64,000 bases of DNA. Origin: Vitrella brassicaformis CCMP3155 (taxonomy: Eukaryota; Protista; Chromerida). The notes beneath the pieces are model-generated. The model saw only the letters and a program-made list of their open reading frames with translations, had not been told where the DNA came from and ran no database searches. Both the position numbers and the translations under genes were made by a program. Position 1 is the first letter of the stretch; each line of letters starts with the position of its first letter. The DNA is taken from positions 186,001 through 250,000 of the forward strand of contig CDMY01000376.1 in NCBI GenBank assembly GCA_001179505.1, written 5' to 3'. Positions 23,963 through 35,600 of this stretch are shown piece by piece.

Positions 23963-26900
23963 ATGCAGGCAACGAAGGCCAACGGCGAGGCATCCCGTCC
24001 TCGGGGCTCGTTCAACGCCCTCATCGACCGCATGTACGTCTTTTCATCGGCGTCGATGGCCAGCTTCGTCGCCCACATGCCCGCCTCCGACCCCCCATGC
24101 GACGAGTGCCGGCGGCGGCGCAGCGGCAACCCCTGCATCTGCCGCGAGGTCGACAAGGTGGGCAAGGCGGCGCCCTATGTGCTGGCCGAGGTCAAGGAGA
24201 GCAAGGAGCGGCTCAACGACACCAAGAGCAAGCTGGACGTGGTGGACCTTGAGCTGTGGAAGAAACACACACGCAAGACCGAGATGACCGGGGAGGTCGT
24301 CAATGAGTGCAGAAAGGTACGCACGGCAGATGGCATAGGGAGGTTGATACCAATAACACATTTCTGTGTGGGTGGACAGACACATTTCTGTGTGGTGTGT
24401 TGTGTTTGATGGATGGCAGAGGCTGGGGGATGGCGGGAGTGAGCCCGAGATGGTGACCCACGCGTGGTGCAAGATGTACGAGATGCTCTCCTGCTGCCAG
24501 CTCATTCCCGAATACGTCGCTAGCAAGGGAGCCGTCAACACAAGTAACCTAAGCAGGGGTGCTAAGCTACACAGCCGACATACACCTCCCTAAGCAGTCG
24601 ATTCACAATGCGCTTTGCAACTGCTTGGACGGTTTGTTTGGTTCGGTCAGTCCACCTGTGTGAGTGTCCGGGTGCGTTCATAGCAGCGACGAACCACTAC
24701 CTGAAGCAGGGGCAGCACGGGCGGCTGGCCCGCATCAAGTGGAACTGGCACGCCATCTCACTCAACCCTTACTGCGAAGGTCAGTCAGTCAGTCGGACAC
24801 ACAGACTCACACACAAACAGGCAGACACACGCACAGCTCACATGTGCGGGCGGGTTTGTGTGTCTGTCTGTCTGTCGGGTGGGGTCAGCCAACAATCTCA
24901 ACGCCATGATCGATGACGACGCCTTCTACAGGTGCGTGCGGACCGACCGGATCGACATGATCACATTCGTTCGCCATGGCTGTGTGTGTGTGTGTCAGGG
25001 AGACGTACCACTCGTGGCTCAAGGGGGCTGACGGCACCGGCAACATCATATCCAGAGGTAGGTATACACACTGACTTGACTGACACGCACACAGAGGCAG
25101 GCAATCAAGACCATCATCCCTGTGACGTGACAGAGAATATCGAGCACCTCTGGGACCACACGTCGCGGGCAAGACCACCTGCTACCACATTGGTCAGTCA
25201 GTCAGTCAGTCAGTCGGCCCACCACACAGCACAGCACAGCACAGCACACAAAGCGTCGTCATGATATATGTGTTTACCATGCCATGTGTGTCAGGCTGAT
25301 TTGGTGACGGCTGACGGGTCGGTGGACAGCCAGTGGGATGCCAACGAGCAGGAGTCCATCACGGCATCACTGCACTTCGCCGAGCTGGTGACGGCTTTGG
25401 GTGTGTTGGCTCCTGGCGGCAGCTTCGTCATCAAGCTTTTCACCCTCTTTGAGCACACCACACTGTCCATCGTCTTCTGCATAGCCGCTTTCTTCGAAGA
25501 GGTCAGTCAAGTCAACATACACTCAGACAGGGAGGGAGGGAGAGGGAGAGAGATCAGGTATGTGCCTCTGTGTGTCTGTGTGTGTGTGTGTGTGTGTTGG
25601 TGGGACAGGTGGCGATAGTGAAGCCGTCGATGTCCAAGTACGGCAACTCTGAGACCTACGCCATCGGCCTCAGATACAAGGGCATTCGATCCGTCTTTCT
25701 CAGACAACTCACACGGGGTGGACTGTCACATACACACACACCGATGCACCCGTACACACACACAGACACACCCCGTGTATGTATGTGTGTGTCGTTTGGT
25801 GTCCACCCATCAGCTGTGCGTGTGGATGGCTTTCTCGACACCGCCATCATCCCTCGCTCATGGATACCACAAGTGAGTCGCCAATCGACCCAACTCCNNN
25901 NNNNNNNNNNNNNNNNNNNNNNNNNNNNNNNNNNNNNNNNNNNNNNNNNNNNNNNNNNNNNNNNNNNNNNNNNNNNNNNNNNNNNNNNNNNNNNNNNNNN
26001 NNNNNNNNNNNNNNNNNNNNNNNNNNNNNNNNNNNNNNNNNNNNNNNNNNNNNNNNNNNNNNNNNNNNNNNNNNNNNNNNNNNNNNNNNNNNNNNNNNNN
26101 NNNNNNNNNNNNNNNNNNNNNNNNNNNNNNNNNNNNNNNNNNNNNNNNNNNNNNNNNNNNNNNNNNNNNNNNNNNNNNNNNNNNNNNNNNNNNNNNNCCT
26201 CTCACTCGCTGATGAGTGAGTGTCTGTCTGTCTGTCTGTCGTCATTCACCCACCGTACACGTAGGAGTTCTACGATCAGTACGTCGCGGCGGCCCGGCAG
26301 TTCGCACAGTGGCAGGAGCAAACCATCAAGAACAACCTCAAGTAGACAGACGGGCGAGGGATGGACGACACACAGACCCTCTGTGACCCTCTGTGTGTGT
26401 GTGTGTGTGCAGTATATGGAATGAGGGCGGTGTGCGTCAGAATGAGGAGCAGCAGCTGAGGGAGGCCAAGAGGAAATTCGCCTACATGTGGATGCAGAAA
26501 TTCAATATCATGTGCGCACAACACAACACGCACACACCGAAGCAAGACAAGCCGCACACCCAAGACACGCAAACTCTCTTCTGCTCTCCCTGCAGGCCGA
26601 TCTCTCCCAGCGATCGCATTGCGTACTGGGCTCAAGGCAAGCGTCTGACCGGCGCGCAGCCCAACACGACTCGCGAGAAGCCGCGGCAGAAGGTGCAGGG
26701 CCTGCAGCAGGACAGAATGGACCACAAACTGGCATATGACGACCTCCAAATCGCAAGAAAGGTCTGCCTGTAAGCCGCCCACCCACCCACCCGGTTTGTC
26801 TACTGTGTGTGTGTGTGTTGTGTTTGTGTGTGTGTGTGTTTGTTCAGAAGAAGTATGAGCGCCAGAGCAATGGCGCGTCGATGGGCGAGTTCTTCACGCT

Positions 26901-29900
26901 CGACTACCACCCGTCCAGCAGCAGCAGCAGCATCGGCAAGCGGCCCCGCGACGGCAGCAGCAGCAGCAGCCAGGACACCCCTGACAGCAACCCGGACAGC
27001 TCATCGCACGACAGCAAGAGGCAAAAGGTGGATGGTGTGAATGGCGTGTCGGGTGGTGGTGACGGCCCCAGCTACTCGGCGGCGGCTCGCAAGATGATGG
27101 CCAAGATGGGCCACCAGGAGGGTCAGGGGCTGGGAGTCGACGGCACCGGCATGGCTGACGCACTTGATGTACAAGGTGGGTCAGTGACCCACCTGCAGGC
27201 ACATGAGCGCCCTTGTACGTGCTTGTGTTGATGGAGGGATGGATGTGTGGGTGGATGGATGTGTGCAGCTCGGCAGGGCAGGAAGGGTCTCGGCGCAGAC
27301 CTGGTGGGTGCGCGGGCGGGTGGACAGACACATCAATCACATCAACCAGACAGAGCGGGGCTACCGTCGTGTTTATACCATCTATGTGTGAGTGCAGTCC
27401 TTCGAGAGGCCCAAGTGGTTCTCCCTCCTCGCCATGGACGATGGCACCTCCGACCTGTTTGGCGTAAGTCAGTCGTCAACACACACACACGCACTCACCC
27501 ACTGTAGAGGTGTGTGCCCTGGCTGCCCACACGCCTGCCAGTCTTTGCGCAAGGACCTCAACAGTCAGGAGTACCACAACTGGTGGGAGCAGTCCAAGCA
27601 AATGGGTGGGTACGCCACGCACGTCAGCCACACACAGACGAACAGACAGACAGACAGACAGAGACACACCGCCATGGCTCTGTCTGCCATCACTGCATGG
27701 GTGTTCTCTTCTTTCTCTGGCCTCACCAGCCCCCACGTCGCTGCAGCTGTCCAAATTCGCCACCGACCTAGAACCGTAACCAAGCACACAACCGACAAAC
27801 ACTCTCACCCGCACAAGCCGATAACACCGCTGTGCCCCTCTCTCTCCGTGTCCCATTTCTCCCATGCAATGCAGTCTGATCCGTGCGCGTCACGTGGCCC
27901 CCCTGACCCTCCCGCCCATGAGCATGGCCGACATGCTCATGAAGGAGTCGTCCCCCCCGCCAAACACACCCACAGTCGACACCGACTTCCCCCTCCCGCC
28001 ATACGGCGCCGCCGACCTGGCCTGCGTCCTGAGGGAACTCAAAACACGCAAGCAGCAACACACTAATGCCGTGAGTGAATGGGACGGCCCACGGATGGGA
28101 GGGCGGTATGGATGGATGGATGCAGGTCATCCACTCTCTCTCTCTCTCTCTCTCTGGGCGTCCATGCCATGGATGGATGCAGTCGTTTTCCTTTTGGCGG
28201 AGCTACCTGGATCTGAATCCGAGGGAGGGCTTTCCCACAGTGTGGCTGCTGAAGCGTCACGGGGCGACGGGCAGGGTGCTCTACCGCCTCCATGACGTAG
28301 ACGAGGACACCGTGCTCAAGCGGCTCAACGGGTACCAGGGTCTGGGGCGGGTGGAGGTTGCCAGGCGCGTGCACTACAGCACCTCCGCCTACAAGGCACT
28401 GCAGAAGGTGGGGTGGGAGAGATATATACACACCTGGGTGTTTTGATGAGTGGATGTGTTGTCTGTTCTGTGTTGTCTATTCTGTGTGTGTGGTGATATA
28501 ACAGATGGTTGAGGACGCCGGTGCGCGTCAGGAGTGTGACTTGGTGGTCATGGACGCGTGCGCCATGCTCTCCCACTGGCGGGAGGTGGCGCACACCGAA
28601 CTCATCGAACGACTTCTGCTCATCGCACCACTCGTGCAGGTACCTAGCATAGCATCCACAAACACACACACCCCCTCTCCCTCTCCCACTCCCCACCCAG
28701 ATGTGATGTGTCATGTGATGGTGCACGCAGGCCCTCAACGCGCTCAGGAGCAGCGGCGACCTGGTCATCCGCCTGAGGTCGACCGTCACACGCTTCACGG
28801 CCGGCCTGCTGCTCGTCCTCAGCTGTGGGTTCGCCGAGGTGGCCATCTACCGCCCACCCACTCTGCCGCATTGGACGTCCGAGAGATTTGTCATATGCCG
28901 CGACTACCAGACGGCCGGCTTCACGCAGATGGAGGCGGGGCTGTTCGTGCGATTCTTCGNNNNNNNNNNNNNNNNNNNNNNNNNNNNNNNNNNNNNNNNN
29001 NNNNNNNNNNNNNNNNNNNNNNNNNNNNNNNNNNNNNNNNNNNNNNNNNNNNNNNNNNNNNNNNNNNNNNNNNNNNNNNNNNNNNNNNNNNNNNNNNNNN
29101 NNNNNNNNNNNNNNNNNNNNNNNNNNNNNNNNNNNNNNNNNNNNNNNNNNNNNNNNNNNNNNNNNNNNNNNNNNNNNNNNNNNNNNNNNNNNNNNNNNNN
29201 NNNNNNNNNNNNNNNNNNNNNNNNNNNNNNNNNNNNNNNNNNNNNNNNNNNNNNNNNNNGTGTGTGTGTGATTGTGTGTTGATGATATGTATGGTGTGAT
29301 AATAGTGTTTGCGTGAGGCCATGTTCAAGGAGAAGCTCGGTGCGACGTTCATCCCTGAGGTCAGGCGGCTGAGCCAGCCAAGACACGCACAGACTGTCAT
29401 GCATCGCATCGCATCACACACACACGCCCCTCTCTATATCTCTCCTCCGCCCTTGTCGGTCGGTTCAGACCGTCCCGCCCCACTTCTACACAAAGAAGCC
29501 CTTCATCGAGTCAGTCAGCAGACCAGCAAACCACCACGTTGCCACGTCGCCTGTCCATGTCATGTCCCATGTGTTGTGTTGTGTTGTGTTGTGATGTGTT
29601 GTGTGTGCGCGTGTGCAGTTGGCTGATGGACGCCAACGACACCCTGATGGACCAGGAGGCCAAGGACATCAATGCGCACGGCACATCTTCGGCCACCAAG
29701 CACACCGCCGACCCCTCCCAGCCGTCGCCGCCCGCCACGTCGCCCTGGCGCGACGTGCCGGAGGACAAGCGCCGCGACGACTGCAACGACTTCCTCACAA
29801 ACGACATCCGACTTGACGGTGGGGACACACATAATGAGGGAGGGACGACAACAAACCGACCGCCTGTCTGTCGTTCCTTCGTCTCGCCTTCTGTCCCTAT

Positions 29901-30482
29901 GAATGAATGAATGAATGAATGCAGATTGGCTGCACCCTTCGGCCCCCTCTGTGCAGCCATCCCCCACCCCAGCAGCCAGGAAGCCTTCTCGCGCCAAGAG
30001 GCCGCCCGAGGAGTCTCCCGCCCTCCCCCCAACCCAGAAGCACGAGTTGCAGGCCGAGTTCAGTGACGACGAGGGCGACACGCCCAACAAGCGCCGTGTG
30101 GAGCGGCAGGACACCAATCAGCTGGAGGAGGGGCAGGGTGGTGGGGAGGATGGTGAAGGTGGGGAGGGTGATGAGGATGACAAGGGCGGCGAGCAGCATG
30201 ACGATGGAGACTTCGGTGTGGGTATTGGTGTGGATGACCATGGTGAGGAGGAGGAGGACATGGGGGTGGAGCCTGAGGAGCCGCAGTATGACGTGGAGGA
30301 CCAGGAGGACAACTACTTCGATGAGGTGAGACGGAACAAGCGTTGAGTATGCCCCGAGCGGATGGATGTGTATGTCTGGTGATGTGTATGTCTGGTGTTC
30401 GTTCACTGGCTTGGCTTAGGGCGATGATGCGAAGGGCTCCTCTGCCGCGGGCGATGCAGACGACCTACTCGCCGCGACTTGA
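23963..30482 (+). CDS. CMTR2: Cap-specific 2'-O-methyltransferase: CMTR2-type RrmJ/FtsJ domain + G-patch + degenerate CMTR1-like methyltransferase domain + acidic tail; last exon probably 30420-30482
   Basis: AWCKMYE, VHLCECPGAFIAATNHY, WNWHAISLNPY, ADLVTADGS, GGSFVIKLFTLFE, KPSMSKYGNSETY (K-D-K-E tetrad intact). G-patch ARKMMAKMGHQEGQGLG..QGRKGLG. Second domain ALNALRSSGDLVIR..TSERFVIC. Confidence 0.88.
25898..26197. other. Assembly gap (300 N) inside an intron of the cap methyltransferase
   Basis: The flanking exons (..WIPQ|EFYDQY..) join in frame, so no exon is obviously missing. Confidence 0.95.
28960..29259. other. Assembly gap (300 N) within the cap methyltransferase gene
   Basis: Run of exactly 300 N; an exon could be hidden here. 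Confidence 0.99.
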
Positions 30483-30956
30483 CAGACAGATGCATGTATG
30501 TCAAGACGCGGACGAACGTATGGCTGCCTGTGCCAGACAGGCAGCCAGTAAGGCCGTTTCGGTGTAGAGAAGAGTAGCAGGTGTGGTGTGTCTGCGGCGA
30601 GTGGCACTGATTGACCATTGTTCTCTGGTGGTGGCTTGACATCGATACATGAGCTTCACATCTCAGTCAGGACGGCACCCTCATCGCACAAAGGCTTGTT
30701 GCGGGGAGGGCACCGTCCTGGCCGACGACGAGAGGACGTGTCGACGAGTACAGGCCACAGCCGGCCGAGTCAGTCACTGTGTGTATGTATGTGTGTGCAT
30801 CACACACCCGATATACATACAGATCGAGACGAATGAATCAAGGACGGACATTTGTCAGTCAGTCAAATCTCCCGCCTGGCACCCAAGTCAAAGCGCCCTG
30901 TCTGCTGTGCTGTCTGCACCAGACAGCCCATCCATCAATTCTCCAACCCTCTACTC

Positions 30957-32142
30957 TCAACACGGCCCGTCACACCAGTCTGCTTGCCGCAATGCATTGA
31001 CTGTGGCTCGTGCACGCAGCGTGATGCCCAGCGAGGCATCTATGGGCGGCAGGAGGCCCGCGAAGCTCAGCCCGCAGAGGCTCATGTACGTGTGCAGCAG
31101 GTCCGGATGGCACCTGAACCAATCAGTTGATCAACCCATTTGCGAATGACAGACAGACAGACACTGCCTGCCCTGCTGGCCTTCTTGCTTACCCAGGCTC
31201 CCTTGCAAAGCCTCCCTTAGCATGTTCGCACTGCCTCAGAAAGGCCACGGTGCCCTCATGGGTCAGAAAGGCCTCCCCTCCCGTAAGAATCACAGCAGCC
31301 TGCACCCAGAACGAGTAACAGGCATCAGGCGGCTTGCCGACGCGGCCCTCTATCCCACTCATGGCACTCTGCCGCATCAACAGCCACTGCAACACACGCT
31401 CGCGGCCATCCAGGTCGGCCAATGAATCACCATGACAACAAAAACCATCCAGCAGGTTGGATAAGGCCGCGGTAGCGCAGTAGGTCGACCCCCCGTGTCC
31501 CTCCAGCCCCTCAGCCTGCCCGAAGCCGCCAAGGCGATTGAGTGAGCCCTCGATGAACCGCACCGTCTTGTGCACATCAAACACATCAGCCGGGCAGAGG
31601 CCTGCCAGCCGGCAGGATGCCGCTGCGCAATATACGAACCTCATGTCCGCATTCGCTTCTGTTGGAGAGAGAAATGGCCCGCCAGCAAAGCATCCGTTGG
31701 GCAGCTGCTGCTTCGCGATGAAGTGCGACAGCCTCTCACGATCCAGCCGCCTCATTCCATCACCCAGGATCGTCAGCGAAGCCAGTGCCGTGTAGGTGTT
31801 GGCCGTCGAGGGGAATGCATCGCCCGGCATACCGCAGAAGCCGCCCTGCGGTGCTGCAGACTGGCATGAGTAGATCCAGTCACAGATGGCGCGGTTTTGG
31901 TCACCATCTTGCTCCGGAAGGGCGTGCAGAAGATCAAGAGATCCAAGGATGAAGTAGAGCAGGGTCATGCGGTTGGATGCTTGGGTGGCATAGGCCGATG
32001 GGAGGTGGTGGAGAGCTGCCAGCAGGTGGTTGCGATGGGTCTTGAAGCGAAAGGCGCAGCCATGGTCAGGGCATGAGGATGCCATTGCACTGATCTCCGG
32101 CTTCGATGAGTCTGCGGGTATCATTTTGTCAGCATCTTCCAT
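30957..32142 (-). CDS. PGGT1B: Geranylgeranyltransferase type I beta subunit; long first exon plus a short last exon (about 31107-30957)
   Basis: HLPSAYATQASNRMTLLYFILGSLDLL, ADMRFVYCAAA, GLEGHGGSTYCATAAL, GRVGKPPDACYSFW, GGFAREPG|CHPDLLHTYMSLCGLS. These are prenyltransferase-beta repeats with a GGT1-type N-terminus. Confidence 0.88.
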
Positions 32143-32147
32143 GGCAA

Positions 32148-32207
32148 TCACCTCCGTCGGCGTACGCGGGCATGTCGCTCACTGATACACGTGTGCGCAC
32201 AAACACA

Positions 32208-32258
<51 letters not shown>

Positions 32259-32555
32259 ACGGTATGCACCCTGTTGTGTCCTCCCCAGCTGTTCCAACCA
32301 ATCACATACCTTTTTTCCCTCGTCCGGCAGGAAGTAGTCCACCGTCTTCTTGAAACCCTCCGGCCCATCCCTTGCGAGTGCATAGACACAGGCCACCATG
32401 ATGCACATGTCCTCGTCGAGCTTTTTGATCTTCTCCTCTGGGTTGGTGAAGTTCCCCTCCCGAATCTGTTGGCGCCACCTCTTCTCCGCCGCTGCTAACT
32501 GCTTCTCGTTCACAGGGTACGTTGACTGCTCAAGCTTCACCAAGACCATCCCCAT
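32148..32555 (-). CDS. Small hypothetical helical protein (about 100-115 aa; weak PWI-like resemblance); 3' splice pattern unresolved
   Basis: Host-like codon usage over MVLVKLEQSTYP...KTVDYFLPDEGKK. A (TC)n(TG)n intron with a TATCAG acceptor lies near 32182. Confidence 0.6.
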
Positions 32556-32668
32556 CGTGGCGAATACAGCGAGCGATCCCTTTCCTCTCCCTTCCGCAAG
32601 CTCGCACGGTGAGCTCGCAAGTGACCACGAAAGACAACATCGTAAGGCGGGAGGGCTGCCTTCTTTTC
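32556..32668. promoter_or_regulatory. Putative bidirectional promoter (small ORF + GGTase-I beta / transketolase), 113 bp
   Basis: Divergent ATGs; AAGCTCGC at 32598-32605 and GAGCTCGC at 32611-32618. Confidence 0.55.
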
Positions 32669-35600
32669 ATGTCTGCAAACGCAAGTAGGCACAACCCACC
32701 GCTCTTTTTCGTGATTCACGACACACACAATTCATGCCCACCACATCAAGGAAGACCAATAAGAAGCCAGGCGACAGGATGACACACAGGCTGTCCATGT
32801 GCTCTTGTTTGGCCCCTTGAATGCACCCCCTCCACCCCCTCCCTCCCCTGTGTGTCTTTGTGTGGTCCTCAGTGCCTGCCAAGCGACGTCAGGGCGGTAG
32901 TGAGGGGGCGGGTGCGGCGGCCAAGCAGAAGAAGACGGAGCAGGGGCGTGAGTTCGACGCCAAGTGCATCAACTCCATTCGATGCCTGGGGGCCGACATG
33001 CCATTCAAGGCCAACTCCGGACACCCCGGTAGGTAGTAACTTCAACACACGCAGAACCTCATCGGCTATGGCTGGCTGTGTGTGTGTGTGTTTCTTTGAA
33101 AATGTCAGGTGCTCCGATGGGCTGCGCCCCGATGGCTCATGCGCTGTGGGGCAGCATCATGAACTACGCGCCCAAACACCCCGACTGGATCAACAGGGAC
33201 AGGCAAGCCAGTCACACTATCCTGGCAATGGCTTCTTGCTTTCATTGCCGTCTGTCTGTCTGTCTGTATGTAATGGTGCGTGGTCCATCCACTCTCTCTC
33301 TCTTGTGTCGACCAGGTTTGTGTTGAGCAATGGTCACGGGTGTGCGTTGCAGTACGCCATGCTGCACTTGGCGGGCTACGACCTCTCCATCGACGACCTC
33401 AAGCAGTTCAGACAGCTCCACTCTAAGTCAGTCAGTGACAATAACAGACACACGTCTATGGACGTCTGTATAGGGGAGGGAGGGAGGGGGACAAAGCATG
33501 TGATGTCAATGTGCAATGTTTGGTGATCGAATTGCGTAGGACGCCCGGCCACCCCGAGTCCTTCGTCACGCCTGGCGTGGAGGTCTGCACCGGACCCCTC
33601 GGCCAGGGTATGTAAGTACGCATGTGTTCGTTCGTTCATGTGTATCGATAGCTGCAGCACCAAGATTGATCCCTTCATTTGCTTGAATGGTCGGTCGGTC
33701 CTGTGTGTCCGCTCCGCCAGGCATATCGAATGCGGTCGGTATGGCGATCGGTGCGCACCACCTGGCGGAGAAGTACAACAAGAAGGACCTGGAGATCTTC
33801 GACAGCTACGTCTACGCCATCTGCGGCGACGGATGTCTCATGGAGGGCGTCTCCTCAGAGGCGTGCTCACTCGCAGGTCGGTGCAGCCAGCCACGTACAC
33901 ACGGACAGCGCATCGATGGCTTGGCTGGATGTGTCGATGTGCAGGTCACCTTGGTTTGGGTCGGCTGATAGTGTTGTATGACGACAACAAGATCAGCATT
34001 GACGGCGATACCGCACTCGCCTTCACCGAGGAAGTCAACCAGCGATTCAAGGCCTACGGATGGCAGGTCAGGCCACACACACACACACACTCCGCAGACA
34101 AGACACACACTCACAATTGTGACTGACTTGTGTGTCTGTGTGTGTGTGTGTGCGTCCACATGTCTGTCTGTCAGACGTTGGAGGTCAAGCAGGGCGACGT
34201 CGACTTCACCAAGATCGTGGATGCGGTGCTCAAGGGCAAGAAGAACACCGGCCAGCCCACACTCATCAAAGTCACCACCACCATCGGATACGGATCCGTC
34301 AAAGAGGGCACCGAGTCAGGTGAGCAGAGCAGGTCGCCATGCATCCATCCCATACCCCCACACACGTGTGACACGTGCATCAGTTCACGGCGCGCCTCTG
34401 AAGGCCGAGGACATGAAGCAGCTGCGCGAGAAGTTTGGCTTCGACCCCGAGAAGACCTTCCATGTCGAGGAGGACGTTCTCGAGTTCTACCGGTCAGTCA
34501 GTCAGCAAACAGACCACCTCCTCCCGTCCCCCCAACACACACACACTTGCATGCCATGCGCATGAATGGGGGCTGTGTGTCTATGTGGGGTGCTTAGTGG
34601 CAAGTGCGAGGAGGGCGAGAAGAAATACGAGGAGTGGCAGGCGCTCTTCAACAAGTACTCGCAGCAGTACCCCGAGGAGGCCAAGGAGATCACCCGCAGA
34701 TTCGAAGGCAGACTCCCGGACGTATGCAAAGCACGCGAGGCCTCCTTACCTGCCGATCTCTCTCTCTCTCTCTCTCTGTGTGTGTTCCTCGTTCGTTGGT
34801 GCATGTGATGTGTATACGGTGTGTTCAGAACTGGAAGTCGCTGATGCCCAAGTACACGCCAAACGACGCACCCGCGGCCACGCGCAACCTGTCGCACACG
34901 TCCCTCAACGCCGTCCACTCGTTCCTGCCCGAACTCATCGGGGGCTCCGCTGACCTCGAGGGTGGGNNNNNNNNNNNNNNNNNNNNNNNNNNNNNNNNNN
35001 NNNNNNNNNNNNNNNNNNNNNNNNNNNNNNNNNNNNNNNNNNNNNNNNNNNNNNNNNNNNNNNNNNNNNNNNNNNNNNNNNNNNNNNNNNNNNNNNNNNN
35101 NNNNNNNNNNNNNNNNNNNNNNNNNNNNNNNNNNNNNNNNNNNNNNNNNNNNNNNNNNNNNNNNNNNNNNNNNNNNNNNNNNNNNNNNNNNNNNNNNNNN
35201 NNNNNNNNNNNNNNNNNNNNNNNNNNNNNNNNNNNNNNNNNNNNNNNNNNNNNNNNNNNNNNNNNNATGCACACGACACAGCATGGCATAGCATGGATGC
35301 ACTGCACTGCACCGATGCCATGTCATATGGTATGTTTGCTGTGTGTGTCGTGCCTTCAGAGTCCAACAAGAGCGGTTTGAAGGGCGAGGGCAACTTCGCA
35401 ACCGGCGAACACGGAAACAAATATATCCGGTACGAACGAACAGAGAGAGATATACACTGCATGCCATGCTCACGTTGAACCAACCAGAGGAATGCCATGC
35501 GTGTGTGTCTGTGCTGTGCGATGTGATGTGATGTGATGTGTAGTTTCGGTGTGCGCGAGCACGGCATGTCAGCGATCGTCAACGGATTGTTTGCGTACGG

